DNA from: Nannocystaceae bacterium
Lineage (GTDB): Bacteria; Myxococcota_A; Polyangia; Nannocystales; Nannocystaceae
NCBI GenBank assembly: GCA_017996215.1
Contig: JAGOHL010000017.1
Coordinates: forward strand, 1-60,117
DNA length: 60,117 nucleotides
Direction: 5' to 3'
Within the stretch, counting starts at the first letter, position 1. The number at the start of each line of letters is the position of its first letter. This document shows, piece by piece, positions 1-8,381 of this stretch. Under the pieces are notes generated by a model. That model worked only from the letters and a program-made list of their open reading frames with translations, made no database searches and was not told the DNA's origin. A program made the translations under genes and the position numbers.

Positions 1-428
1 CGCGTCAGCTGACGATCGAGCACGGCGCGGAGCAGCTGCGTTGCGTTCGCCTGAGCGAGAAGGGCCTCATGCGTTGGTACGCCGCGTGCTGTCGCACGCC
101 GGTCGCCAACGCGGTGTCTGGCAAGGTACCGTTCATCGGGGTCGCCAAGGCGATGCTGCCCGAGGTCGGCGACGCCGAGGTCGGAGCCGCGATCGGCATC
201 CACGGCCGACTCGCCCCCGGTGGCTGTCCGCCCGGCGTGCATCCGCGGGGTCCGCTCGGCCTGGTGTTGCACGCCTCGCGACTGATGTTGCGCTGGTGGT
301 GGCGTGGCATGGGCCAGCCGTCGGCGTTCTATGACGAGCACGCGCAGCCCCGCGTGGTGCCCGAGGTACTCGGTGCCTCGACGCGCACGTCGCTGGCCGA
401 GCGGGATCGCATCGCGACCCCGGCTTGA
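1..428 (+). CDS. Hypothetical protein, C-terminal fragment (gene begins upstream of the window)
   Basis: Open frame +3 runs from base 3 with no upstream stop, so the gene starts outside the window; the frame ends at the stop at 426-428. Cys pairs (CVR...CCRTP) and a W-rich tail. No confident family assignment. Confidence 0.45.
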   Translation, partial: RQLTIEHGAEQLRCVRLSEKGLMRWYAACCRTPVANAVSGKVPFIGVAKAMLPEVGDAEVGAAIGIHGRLAPGGCPPGVHPRGPLGLVLHASRLMLRWWWRGMGQPSAFYDEHAQPRVVPEVLGASTRTSLAERDRIATPA

Positions 429-563
429 TGCGCCGCGAAAGCCGTGCCGCAGGCACGTCGCCACGGCGCACATGGTGACGCCCCCGCCGGCCACGTGGCG
501 GCGGCGGCTCGGCGGCTGCCTTCGACTTCGTCGGTGCTCCACGGCTTGCATCGTGCTCGGACC

Positions 564-731
564 ATGAGCCGCGCCATCTGGAAGGGTCAAATCTCGTTCG
601 GGCTGGTGCAGATACCGGTTTCCCTCGTCAAGGCTGAGGAAACCCACGATCTCGATCTGCACCTCGTCGATCGTCGTGATCGTGCTCCCATCGGGTACGA
701 GTGCATCAACAAGAACACCGGCGAGCCGTGA
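564..731 (+). pseudogene. ku: Ku (NHEJ DNA-end-binding protein), N-terminal ~55-aa remnant, truncated
   Basis: MSRAIWKGQISFGLVQIPVSLVKAEETHDLDLHLVDRRDRAPIGYECINKNTGEP matches the conserved Ku N-terminus (MRAIWKG.ISFGLV.IPVKL....HD...H). The ORF stops after ~55 aa, whereas Ku is ~270-300 aa. The other two forward frames downstream do not continue Ku. A minus-strand gene ends at 806. Confidence 0.65.
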
Positions 732-805
732 ACGGATGAATGGGTGGGGACCCGCGACGTCCGCGGACCCCCACCAGGTTCGTCTGCTCCCGCTACTGCT
801 ACGCG

Positions 806-1957
806 CTACGAGCGGGTGTCCGCGGCGCGCGACGAACTCGTGCTCGTCTGCGCCGCGGTACTGCCAGATGTGCTGGTCGCGTTGCGACCGCTGTTCGCGC
901 CCGAGTCGCTCGACTGCGAGCCACTGGTCCGCAGCTGGTTGTGGCACTCCTTCACGCCACGGGCAGCGCACACACAGTCCTCGACCTGTCGCTTCACCGA
1001 GCGACCGCTGACGGTCCCCTTCAGCGTGACCTCGCCGTCCTTCACCGACACGTCGACGTCACTGGCATCGAGGCCCGAGTCCTCGAGCATCTCGCAGACG
1101 ATCTCACGGACTCGATCATCGGATCGGGTGAAGTTCTTGGGGCTGTACGTCTGTCGCTGTTCGCCGCCCATGTTGCCATGGGAGCCCCGCCCGTACTCGC
1201 TGCCGCTGAAGCTGCCCTGCTGGCGTCCGCCGCCGAAGTCATCGCGGCCTCCCAGGCGCTCGCGATCGTAGCGACCACCGCCGAACCGGCTCCCGCCGTA
1301 CTCGCTACCATAGGTGTGGCCATACGGGCCAGAAGGCCTCCCGGGCCAGTCGCCGCGCTCATGGCTGTAGTGCTGCGGGCTCGAATCGTACTGACGATGG
1401 TAGCGACCGCCATCCCACGGACTGTCGTCCATGCCGCGCCCAGCCGAGTAGCGGGCATCCCTGCCCGACGCCAGCGGTCGCTCGTCGAAACCACGCGACC
1501 TCCCGAAGTCGCGCGACCCGTAGTCGCGCGGACTGTACTCGCGCTGTCCATAGCTGCCGTCACGTGCACCCTGCCCGCGAGATCCGAAGTCGCGCTGCCA
1601 CGGCTCGCGCTGCCAATCCTCGGGCTGCCACGATTCGCGCTGCCAGCCCTCGCCGCGCCACGGCGTACGCTGCCAGCCCTCGCCGCGCGAGACGTCACGC
1701 TGCCAGTCGTCGCGGTGTTGCCAATCATCGCGCGAGGTCCTCGAGTCATCGCGCGAGGTCCTCGAGCCCCAGCCCGGCGCGTCGTCGAATTGACCGCTGG
1801 CGCCCCGCTGATATCGACCGCCGTCGCGATACTCGGAATCGCGATACTCGGAGTCGGGATATCCCTCGCGACCGCCGCGGTCGAACTGCGGACGCGACCG
1901 CATCGATTCGTCCTCGTACCTGTGCTGATGTCGGCGTCCATTCATGTCGTGTGTCAT
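806..1957 (-). CDS. BON domain-containing protein with long low-complexity (W/R/G/D/E/Y-rich) N-terminal repeat region
   Basis: C-terminal part (YSPKNFTRSDDRVREIVCEMLEDSGLDASDVDVSVKDGEVTLKGTVSGRSVKRQVEDCV) is an OsmY-like BON domain. Internal start MTHDMNGRR chosen at 1957, since the upstream extension of the ORF is junk-like. Repeats GEGWQRTPWRGEGWQRESWQPEDWQREPWQ are visible at the DNA level (~1570-1760). Confidence 0.7.
   Translation of the reverse strand: MTHDMNGRRHQHRYEDESMRSRPQFDRGGREGYPDSEYRDSEYRDGGRYQRGASGQFDDAPGWGSRTSRDDSRTSRDDWQHRDDWQRDVSRGEGWQRTPWRGEGWQRESWQPEDWQREPWQRDFGSRGQGARDGSYGQREYSPRDYGSRDFGRSRGFDERPLASGRDARYSAGRGMDDSPWDGGRYHRQYDSSPQHYSHERGDWPGRPSGPYGHTYGSEYGGSRFGGGRYDRERLGGRDDFGGGRQQGSFSGSEYGRGSHGNMGGEQRQTYSPKNFTRSDDRVREIVCEMLEDSGLDASDVDVSVKDGEVTLKGTVSGRSVKRQVEDCVCAARGVKECHNQLRTSGSQSSDSGANSGRNATSTSGSTAAQTSTSSSRAADTRS
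1570..1760 (-). repeat. Imperfect tandem repeats (~18-21 bp, ccagccctcgccgcgcca-like) encoding the W-x-R-x-x-G-E-G repeats of the BON protein
   Basis: Repeated ctgccagccctcgccgcgcca / ctgccaatcctcgggctgccacg motifs are seen directly in the sequence. Confidence 0.6.
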
Positions 1958-2690
1958 GGCCTGTGCTTTCTCTGTCTGCCAGCCGGCGAGCGGCATGGGC
2001 GAGTCGTGGAGTCGTCGATATGAGCCCGCGCGAGCGACGCGGGAGGCAGTTTCAAGTGCACGCGCAGTCCAGGAGCTTCGAGGTGCTCTTCCACGAAGTG
2101 AACGAGGCGATTCAGATCCTCGGTCCATGCGAGGTCGCTTCGAGCGAGGCCCGGATTTGCAACCCCCGAGCCAAGCCGTCTCCGCGGATCGAGGGCGTTG
2201 GATGGGTATGCCTGCCGCGCACGATTGCCTCCTCTGGTCCTCCGGAGATCGCCGGAGATCGCCGCGTACAGCGACTTGCGTCGCGGGCGATTTCGCGCGA
2301 TCGATTCGATCTGCACCGTGGCAAAGTCGTCAGCGAGAATCGTATGCGGCGGCGGACTTCGATCCGTCGACCACGATCGGCGCGGACGACCCGTCTGAGC
2401 GGATCCGCGGCAGGGTGGTGTGCAATGCGTGTGCCCCTTGGCCACGTCGGACGATGTGGCGTGCCGCTGGGCGTCGATCGGCTCCGATCCCTGCGCGCTC
2501 GCGCACGTCATGCTGCAGGCGTGATCTTCTTGTCGAGCCGCATCGAGTGCCATGGGCAAGTGTTCACGGCAAGCGACTGGGCAGAGATCAGCAGATGCCC
2601 CTATCCAATCGATCGGGGCTCGACGCTTTCGGGTCGCTGAATGACGACCTCGCTTGCGCGCCGGGCCGCGCGGCGCAGTCTGTCGACTCC

Positions 2691-3803
2691 ATGTCCACGT
2701 CCGACAACGTCCGATTCGCCGTCGTTGGCCTCGGCCACATCGCTCAGGTCGCGGTGCTGCCGGGCTTCGCTCACGCCGAGGCGGCGCAGCCGGTCGCGCT
2801 CTTCAGCTCCGATGCCGCGAAGCGCCGCGCGATGTCGGCGCAGTACGGTGTCGATCACGCGTACGACTATGATGAGTACGATCGCGTGCTCGAACAGGGT
2901 CTCGTCGACGCTGTGTATATCGCCCTACCCAATCATCTCCACTGCACGTACGCAGTGCGTGCCGCGGAGCGTGGCGTGCACGTGCTGGTCGAGAAGCCGA
3001 TGGCGGTCGATGCCACCGAGTGCTTGGCGATGATCGAGGCCGCCGAAGCAGGAGGCGTAAAGTTGATGGTCGCATATCGCCTCCACTTCGACCCTGCGAA
3101 CCTCGAGGTCATCGAACTGGTCCGCAGGGGCCGGCTGGGCCGCCCGCGACTGTTCTCCTCTGTGTTCTCGCAGGTCGTCGTGCCCGGCAACGTCCGGCTG
3201 GTAGGGAGCGATCGCGGCGGCGGGCCGGTCTATGACATGGGCGTCTATTGCATCAACGCCGCACGCTACGTCTTTCGCGACGAGCCGACGCAAGTCGTTG
3301 CGCTCGCGGCGTCGGTTGATGATCCCCGCTTTCAGGGTGTTCCCGAGATGGTGAGCGCCACGCTTCACTTCCCCGGCGAGCGCCTCGCGACGTTCACATG
3401 CAGCTTCGGCGCGGCCGACAGCTCGCGCTACGAGATACTCGGCGATCGCGGGCGCCTCGTGATGGAGCCCGCGTTCGAGTACGCCGAGGGCCTCCGCTAT
3501 GCGCTGCAAGTGCAGGACGCAGATCCGGAGGTACACAGGTTCGGCAAGCACGACCAGTTCGGGGCGGAGCTCCAGTACTTCAGCAAGTGCATCCTCGACG
3601 ACCTCGCGATCGAACCGGATGGGCTCGAGGGCCTCGCAGACGTCAACGTCGTGCAGGCGATCCATCGCTCGGCACAGGAGCGACGTGCAATCGCCGTGCT
3701 CCCGGTGCAGCGAGAACGGCGGCCCGAACACGCTCAGGCCTACCAGCTGCCGCCAGTCCCCAAGCCCAAGACCGTGAACACCCGATCGCCCAGCGGAGAT
3801 TGA
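2691..3803 (+). CDS. Gfo/Idh/MocA family NAD(P)-dependent oxidoreductase
   Basis: N-terminal Rossmann motif VRFAVVGLGHIAQ. ALPNHLHCTYAVRAAERGVHVLVEKPMA and the C-terminal alpha/beta domain are typical of Gfo/Idh/MocA. ATG at 2691 is in frame, giving 370 aa. Confidence 0.88.
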   Translation: MSTSDNVRFAVVGLGHIAQVAVLPGFAHAEAAQPVALFSSDAAKRRAMSAQYGVDHAYDYDEYDRVLEQGLVDAVYIALPNHLHCTYAVRAAERGVHVLVEKPMAVDATECLAMIEAAEAGGVKLMVAYRLHFDPANLEVIELVRRGRLGRPRLFSSVFSQVVVPGNVRLVGSDRGGGPVYDMGVYCINAARYVFRDEPTQVVALAASVDDPRFQGVPEMVSATLHFPGERLATFTCSFGAADSSRYEILGDRGRLVMEPAFEYAEGLRYALQVQDADPEVHRFGKHDQFGAELQYFSKCILDDLAIEPDGLEGLADVNVVQAIHRSAQERRAIAVLPVQRERRPEHAQAYQLPPVPKPKTVNTRSPSGD

Positions 3804-3842
3804 CCTGCCCGAGCGAACGACCTCGACGAGGAGAACGCCACC

Positions 3843-4277
3843 ATGCCCCGCGGATCCAAAGACGCCTACACCGACAAGCAGAAGCGACAGGCGGAACACA
3901 TCGAAGACAGCTACCTCGAAGAGGGTGTCTCGAAGAAAACCGCCGCGGCGCGCGCCTGGGCCACCGTCAACCGTCAAGACCACGGCGGCAAGAAGAGCGG
4001 GTCGGGCCGTGCCAAGCGGCGCACGACCAAGAAGACCGGACGCAAGACAGCAACGAAGAAGCGCCCGTCATCGAAGAAGCGTTCATCCACGAAGAAGCCC
4101 TCATCCGCGAAGAAGCCCTCATCCGCGAAGAAGCGTTCATCCGCGAAGAAGCCCTCATCCGCGAAGAAGCCCTCATCCGCGAAGAAGCGCCCGTCATCGA
4201 GGAAGCGTTCATCCGCGAAGAAGCGTTCATCCGCGAAGAGGCGCTCGTCCGCGAAGAGCCGCTCGGCTCACGGATAG
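3843..4277 (+). CDS. Small basic protein: conserved N-domain (MPRGSKDAYTDKQKRQAEHIEDSY...) fused to a histone-H1-like Lys/Ser/Ala-rich repeat tail
   Basis: Strong RBS (GAGGAGAA) lies 7 nt upstream of the ATG. The N-terminal ~60 aa resemble a widespread conserved small-protein family often annotated as 'plasmid stabilization protein' (from memory). The C-terminal (KKPSSAKK/KKRSSAKK)n tail resembles bacterial histone-H1-like tails (Hc1/AlgP-type). Confidence 0.8.
   Translation: MPRGSKDAYTDKQKRQAEHIEDSYLEEGVSKKTAAARAWATVNRQDHGGKKSGSGRAKRRTTKKTGRKTATKKRPSSKKRSSTKKPSSAKKPSSAKKRSSAKKPSSAKKPSSAKKRPSSRKRSSAKKRSSAKRRSSAKSRSAHG
4048..4262 (+). repeat. 18-bp tandem repeat (gaagaagccctcatccgc and variants), ~12 copies, encoding (KKPSSA)n
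   Basis: Direct repetition is visible in the sequence. Confidence 0.85.
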
Positions 4278-4427
4278 GGCGCGACCCGCCGGACCTGTCC
4301 GGCGCTTCATCGGAGGGTGATCCCTGAGGCCTGACGGCTCGCTCGCGCGGGGGTGGATGGCGCGTCAGAATCTCCGCCGAAGCTGGCCGTGACTTCGCGC
4401 GCGGCGTACCCTTGGAACTCGCTGCTC

Positions 4428-5603
4428 ATGGCCCTCACGACGACCAGCCACGACATGACACTGGCGAGACAGCTGGCCTGGCAGGCGGCGATCGTCGAAT
4501 CGTGCCCTGACGCGATCATCGGCATCGATCTCGACGGGGTCGTCGTGAGCTGGAATGGCGCCGCGGCGCGATTGCTCGGGTACGCGTTCGCCGACATCGT
4601 CGGGCGACCGTGGCGAACGTTGCTGCGCACCCACTCGGGCGAGGAGCCCTGCGCGCGCATGGCCGACTTGCTCCAAGGTGCCCCTGGCAGCACCATCGAG
4701 TTGATCGATCGCACCGGCGCCCTCGTGGACGGCGTTGCGACGCTGTCGCCGATTCGCGATCGCTCGGACGCGACCATCGGCGCGTCGATCATCGTGCGCC
4801 CACCGGGCCGATGCGGGCCAACCGCCGACAACGACGAGTTCCTCTCGACGCTATCACATGAGCTGCGGGCGCCACTGCACGCGATACTCGGGTGGGCGCA
4901 GGTGCTGGAGCACTCGGCCACACCGTCCATGCGGCACGGACTCGCGATCATCGAGCGCAACGCGCGACTGCAGGCGCAGCTGCTCGAGGACCTACTCGAC
5001 GTCGGGCGGGGGAGCTCGGGCAAGCTACGCCTCGAGATCGCACCGGTCGATCTCGGCACCATCCTCTCGGAGCGCGTCGACTCGATTCGGCCCGCCGCCG
5101 AGGCCAAGCGGCTCGAGCTCACGCTTCGAAGTCCTTCGTACCATTGTGAGGTGCTGGGCGACGCCACGCGACTGCAGCAGGTACTCTGGAACCTGCTGTC
5201 GAACGCGGTTCGGTACACTGCGCCGGGCGGCCGCGTCGAGGCTTCGCTGCAGGGTGGGCCAAATGGATTTCGAATCGAAGTGACAGATTCCGGTGTCGGC
5301 ATCGATTCCGAGTTCCTACCGCACGTCTTCACCCGGTACGCGCAGGCGCATGCACCGACCGGTGAGCAGGGCGGTCTCGGGCTCGGCCTCGCCATCGCTC
5401 GACAGCTGGTCGAGCTACATGGAGGCACGGTCACTGCCGCGAGCGACGGCCCCGGCCGCGGCTCCACCTTCACGGTGACACTGCCGCGGGTGCCCGAAGC
5501 CCCGCGCCCGCGCATCGATCGACGCTCGAGCGCACCCGCGACCGTGGGCGCTCGAGCGTCGGGCGCCCACGGCCAGGCCCGCAGCCGCCTGCGCCCCGCG
5601 TGA
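4428..5603 (+). CDS. PAS domain-containing sensor histidine kinase (HisKA + HATPase_c)
   Basis: H-box LSHELRAPLHAILGW. N/G1/G2 boxes LLSNAVRYT, DSGVGID, GGLGLGLAI. PAS-like N-terminal region (CPDAIIGIDLDGVVVSWNGAAARLLGY). Start is ambiguous: in-frame candidates at 4353, 4428 and 4455, with 4428 chosen. Confidence 0.85.
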   Translation: MALTTTSHDMTLARQLAWQAAIVESCPDAIIGIDLDGVVVSWNGAAARLLGYAFADIVGRPWRTLLRTHSGEEPCARMADLLQGAPGSTIELIDRTGALVDGVATLSPIRDRSDATIGASIIVRPPGRCGPTADNDEFLSTLSHELRAPLHAILGWAQVLEHSATPSMRHGLAIIERNARLQAQLLEDLLDVGRGSSGKLRLEIAPVDLGTILSERVDSIRPAAEAKRLELTLRSPSYHCEVLGDATRLQQVLWNLLSNAVRYTAPGGRVEASLQGGPNGFRIEVTDSGVGIDSEFLPHVFTRYAQAHAPTGEQGGLGLGLAIARQLVELHGGTVTAASDGPGRGSTFTVTLPRVPEAPRPRIDRRSSAPATVGARASGAHGQARSRLRPA

Positions 5604-5651
5604 GCGTTCGGCCGCTCCATCGCGGACGGACGCTGCGTGTTCATCCGCTGC

Positions 5652-6386
5652 TCAGCACAGGCCGATGCCGAGGTCGCAGACGCACACCATCGACACGCAC
5701 TCGGCGGTGCAGCTGTCGGCCTCGCTGCAGCCGATGACGCAATCGCTGCCGCACGTCAGCGTACAATCGCTGCCGGTGTGACAGCTCTGATTGCAGCTCT
5801 CGGCGCAGTCGAACGTGCAGTCGCCACCATCGCAGCTCTGCTGGCAGTCCGCGCCGTTGCAGGTGAAGTCACAGGTCGCCCCGGCATCGCAGTCCTGCGG
5901 GCAGCCGCCGCCGTCGCAGCTGAACGTGCAGGTCGCCCCGGCCGCGCACTCCTGCTGGCAGCCACCACCCGAGCAGGCGAAGCTACAGACCTGACCGGAA
6001 TCGCAGATCTGGCCGCACCCGCCGGCGGGGCAATCCTCGCCCGCACCGGTCTCGGCACCGGTGGGATCGGTGTCACCACTGTCGCTGGTGTCGGCGCCGG
6101 TGTCGGCGGTGGTGCCGGCGCTCGTGCCGGCGCTCGTGCCCGCGCTCGTGCCCGCCGTCGTCCCGGCGCTCGTGCCCGCCGTCGTCCCGGCGCTCGTGCC
6201 CGCCGTCGTCCCGGCGCTCGTGCCCGCCGTCGTGCCTGCGCTCGTCTGCGAGTCGCCGGTGTCACCGCCATCGTCGGCGTCGTCGCCGGTGGTCAACACG
6301 CAGCCGCCGGAGGGCACTGCAAGGCCGAGGGTGAGCAGGGCGGGGAACAGCAAGGAGTTCAGGGGAGCGCGCAGCTTGGATGACAT
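5652..6386 (-). CDS. Secreted lipoprotein with (SAGTTAGT)n low-complexity linker and four Cys-rich repeats (C..GATC.F.C.GG.C.Q.C)
   Basis: Signal peptide and lipobox-like segment LLTLGLAVPSGGC. 12/24-bp DNA tandem repeats at ~6100-6260. Four copies of a Cys-rich module. Confidence 0.7.
   Translation of the reverse strand: MSSKLRAPLNSLLFPALLTLGLAVPSGGCVLTTGDDADDGGDTGDSQTSAGTTAGTSAGTTAGTSAGTTAGTSAGTTAGTSAGTSAGTSAGTTADTGADTSDSGDTDPTGAETGAGEDCPAGGCGQICDSGQVCSFACSGGGCQQECAAGATCTFSCDGGGCPQDCDAGATCDFTCNGADCQQSCDGGDCTFDCAESCNQSCHTGSDCTLTCGSDCVIGCSEADSCTAECVSMVCVCDLGIGLC
6100..6260 (-). repeat. 12-bp tandem repeat (ggcgctcgtgcc / ggcgctcgtccc) within the lipoprotein gene, ~12 copies
   Basis: Direct repetition in the sequence encodes AGTS/AGTT repeats. 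Confidence 0.8.
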
Positions 6387-6444
6387 TGCCGCGCGGTAGA
6401 GAACCGAGCGGGTCGAATCGATTGCGCCGCCGGTGTGGCGGCCG

Positions 6445-6922
6445 TCACGACCCGTCGCAGGCGAGCGCCTGGGTCGAGGGCTGCCACGGGTCGGGGGTCA
6501 CCGTGAACACGCGCTGCGTGGCCTCGCGCGTGCGCAGCACCAGCTCGCGGAGCTCGTCGTCGTCGTAGCCCGCTGCGATCCAACGCGAGCGCATAGACCG
6601 TGCGCGCGTCATCGATCGCGACCGGCGCGACCCCGCCGTACCGCGAACCACCGAGGTCGTCCCACCGCGTGAGCTCGTCGCCGCTCTCGGCATCGATGAT
6701 GCTCACCCACCGATCGATCGCGGACTCGTCGTACCTCGGCGAGACCGAGCCCTCGTCGACGCCACCGACTACGAGCCAGTGGCCATCGGGTGAGGCGACC
6801 GTCCCGATTCGGGCGAAGGGGAACCACCGCACCCACGTCGCCTCCGGCTCGTCCGCGGGTGTGCGGCACGCCAGCAGCCCGAAGAGGGCGACGACCGCGA
6901 CACGCCGATCCTTCGCGCGCAC
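6445..6922 (-). pseudogene. Hypothetical lipoprotein, apparent +1 frameshift (or sequencing error) near 6600
   Basis: GTG start at 6922 gives a textbook lipoprotein signal (M)RAKDRRVAVVALFGLLAC. Protein-like sequence (...IGTVASPDGHWLVVGGVDEG...TVYALAL) then continues in a different frame (WIAAGYDDDELRELVLRTREATQRVFTVTPDPWQPSTQALACDGS*, ORF 6445-6693). Total length 478 nt is not divisible by 3. Confidence 0.5.
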
Positions 6923-6985
6923 GCAGCCATGGTCGCACGGCGCGTGGTCATTGACGAGCTGGCGGCGCTCGGGAAGCATCGAGCC

Positions 6986-7645
6986 ATGACGACGGTGACG
7001 CAGCGAGCTCGGTGGTTGATGGTGTTCTCCCTGTCGCTCGCCTGCGAGCGCGCGGCCACGACGACGCCGGAGCCGGCAACGACGGCGACCGGCTCGGGCG
7101 CGGCCGCCAGCAGCAGTCTCGACGCCGAGCTCGTCGCCATCGCGCGCAAGCAGGGCGTCGCGCAGAAGGCCAAGCTGCGCGTCGACGGCAGCGGCAACCT
7201 GCAGAAGCAGTCGCTCTACCACAGCGATGCCGCCGCGGTGCCCGAGGCCGCACGCGCGCTGGTCGAGAAGCGGTGGCCGGGCGCCAAGGTGCGCGGCTAC
7301 GAGTCCGAGCGCTACGCCGAGCATGGACGCGTCGACGAGATCGAGGTCACCACCGCCGAGGGTGCCGAGTGCGAGCTGGCCGTGAAGCAGGACGGCTCGA
7401 CGCTCTACGAGGAGTGCCGCATCGCGCTCGACGCGATGCCGCCCGCGGTCGCGAGCAAGGTCGCGGCGCTGTTCCCCGATGGCAGCATCCACGAGGCCGA
7501 GACCAAGAAGGGCGAAGGCGTCGACGAGCTCACCATCGAGGTCACCGCCGGCGGCAAGGAGTACTACCTGCGCATGCGCCCCGACGGCGAGGTGCTCGCG
7601 AAGCTGCTGCGGATCCCCGCCGTGCTCGAGGTCCCGATCGACTGA
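6986..7645 (+). CDS. PepSY-like (beta-lactamase-inhibitor-like) domain lipoprotein
   Basis: MTTVTQRARWLMVFSLSLAC signal/lipobox. Two PepSY-like modules (EIEVTTAEGAECELAVKQDGSTLYEE; ELTIEVTAGGKEYYLRMRPDGEVL). Confidence 0.7.
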   Translation: MTTVTQRARWLMVFSLSLACERAATTTPEPATTATGSGAAASSSLDAELVAIARKQGVAQKAKLRVDGSGNLQKQSLYHSDAAAVPEAARALVEKRWPGAKVRGYESERYAEHGRVDEIEVTTAEGAECELAVKQDGSTLYEECRIALDAMPPAVASKVAALFPDGSIHEAETKKGEGVDELTIEVTAGGKEYYLRMRPDGEVLAKLLRIPAVLEVPID

Positions 7646-7688
7646 CGCGCGTCCCCACCGCGCGGCGCATTCGTCTACATTGCGGCCC

Positions 7689-8366
7689 GTGCCCGACCGC
7701 ACCCGTGAGCTCCTCGTCGGACCCGCCCCTGATCGCCCGCGCACGAGCACCGGTGAGATCCTGCAGGTACCCGCGGGCTGGGAGCTGCTGCCGCCCGGCG
7801 ATGCCGGCCTCACGCGGCGCGTGAAGGCGGCAGGTCCGACATGGACGATCCGCGAACCCAAGGGTCGCAAGATGTTCTCGCGCGGACTGTGGGCCCCGCG
7901 CGAGACCATCGCCCGCGAGCGCGCCAAGCTCGATGAGGAGCGCGCCGATCCACGTTGGGCGCAGCGCCTCGAGGCCGATCGCCGCCGTCGTGACGCCGCG
8001 CAATCGGAGTACGTCGAGACCTTCTTCGCGGCGGTCTATCGATTCCTCGCCTTTGCCGACCGCCACCGCGAGCTCGCCGCGTTGGTCGCCAAGGCGATCA
8101 CCGATCACGCGGTGCCGGTCGGCAGCGGCACCGTCGCGCGCACGCAGCGGATCCCGATCGAGCGCCGCGCCGAGGCAGCGACCATCGCATGGCTGCGGCA
8201 CCAGACCACCGCCTATGACAGCATGTCGATCCCGCGGGTCCGTGGCATGCGACGCGAGGTCCGGCGCCTGCTCGCCGAGCAATCGCGACGCGTGCTCGGT
8301 CGCTATCGCAGCAGCGAAGCGGTCGACGAGGCCACATGCGTGCTGCGACGCGCCTTGCGAGCGTGA
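7689..8366 (+). CDS. DUF2293-like protein (hypothetical)
   Basis: Protein-like region from ~7680 onward. Motif AATIAWLRHQTTAYDSMSIPRVRGMRREVRRLL resembles the DUF2293 core (from memory). Start is uncertain (GTG 7689 or TTG 7680); the upstream part of the ORF overlaps the PepSY gene and is junk-like. Confidence 0.5.
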   Translation: MPDRTRELLVGPAPDRPRTSTGEILQVPAGWELLPPGDAGLTRRVKAAGPTWTIREPKGRKMFSRGLWAPRETIARERAKLDEERADPRWAQRLEADRRRRDAAQSEYVETFFAAVYRFLAFADRHRELAALVAKAITDHAVPVGSGTVARTQRIPIERRAEAATIAWLRHQTTAYDSMSIPRVRGMRREVRRLLAEQSRRVLGRYRSSEAVDEATCVLRRALRA

Positions 8367-8381
8367 CACGCGGACGCAGAG

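Noticed and set aside
740-2023. 427-aa + strand ORF (and 1042-1941 minus, 1564-2640 plus) overlapping the BON-domain gene
   Set aside because: Ala/Arg/Pro/Val-rich translation without motifs, typical of an alternative or antisense frame in 70% GC DNA. The BON-domain frame has coherent domain sequence and repeats.
1958-2690. Possible small genes in the 730-bp divergent gap (e.g. ...SFEVLFHEVNEAIQILG... on +, ...DLAWTEDLNRLVHFVEEHLEA... on -)
   Set aside because: Both strands give semi-plausible short peptides with similar GC3. No start or RBS support and no recognisable family. Kept as a finding to be tested by RNA-seq, not as a feature.
4279-4296. Hairpin cgccggacctgtccggcg after the histone-like gene as a rho-independent terminator
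   Set aside because: The stem is only 7 bp and it is not followed by a T-tract. It is plausible in high-GC bacteria but unsupported, so it is not listed as a feature.
6979-7927. N-terminal ~316 aa of the 522-aa minus-strand ORF 6359-7927
   Set aside because: Junk-like (R/A/G/L-rich) and antisense to the PepSY-like and DUF2293-like genes. Only the 6445-6922 portion looks protein-like.
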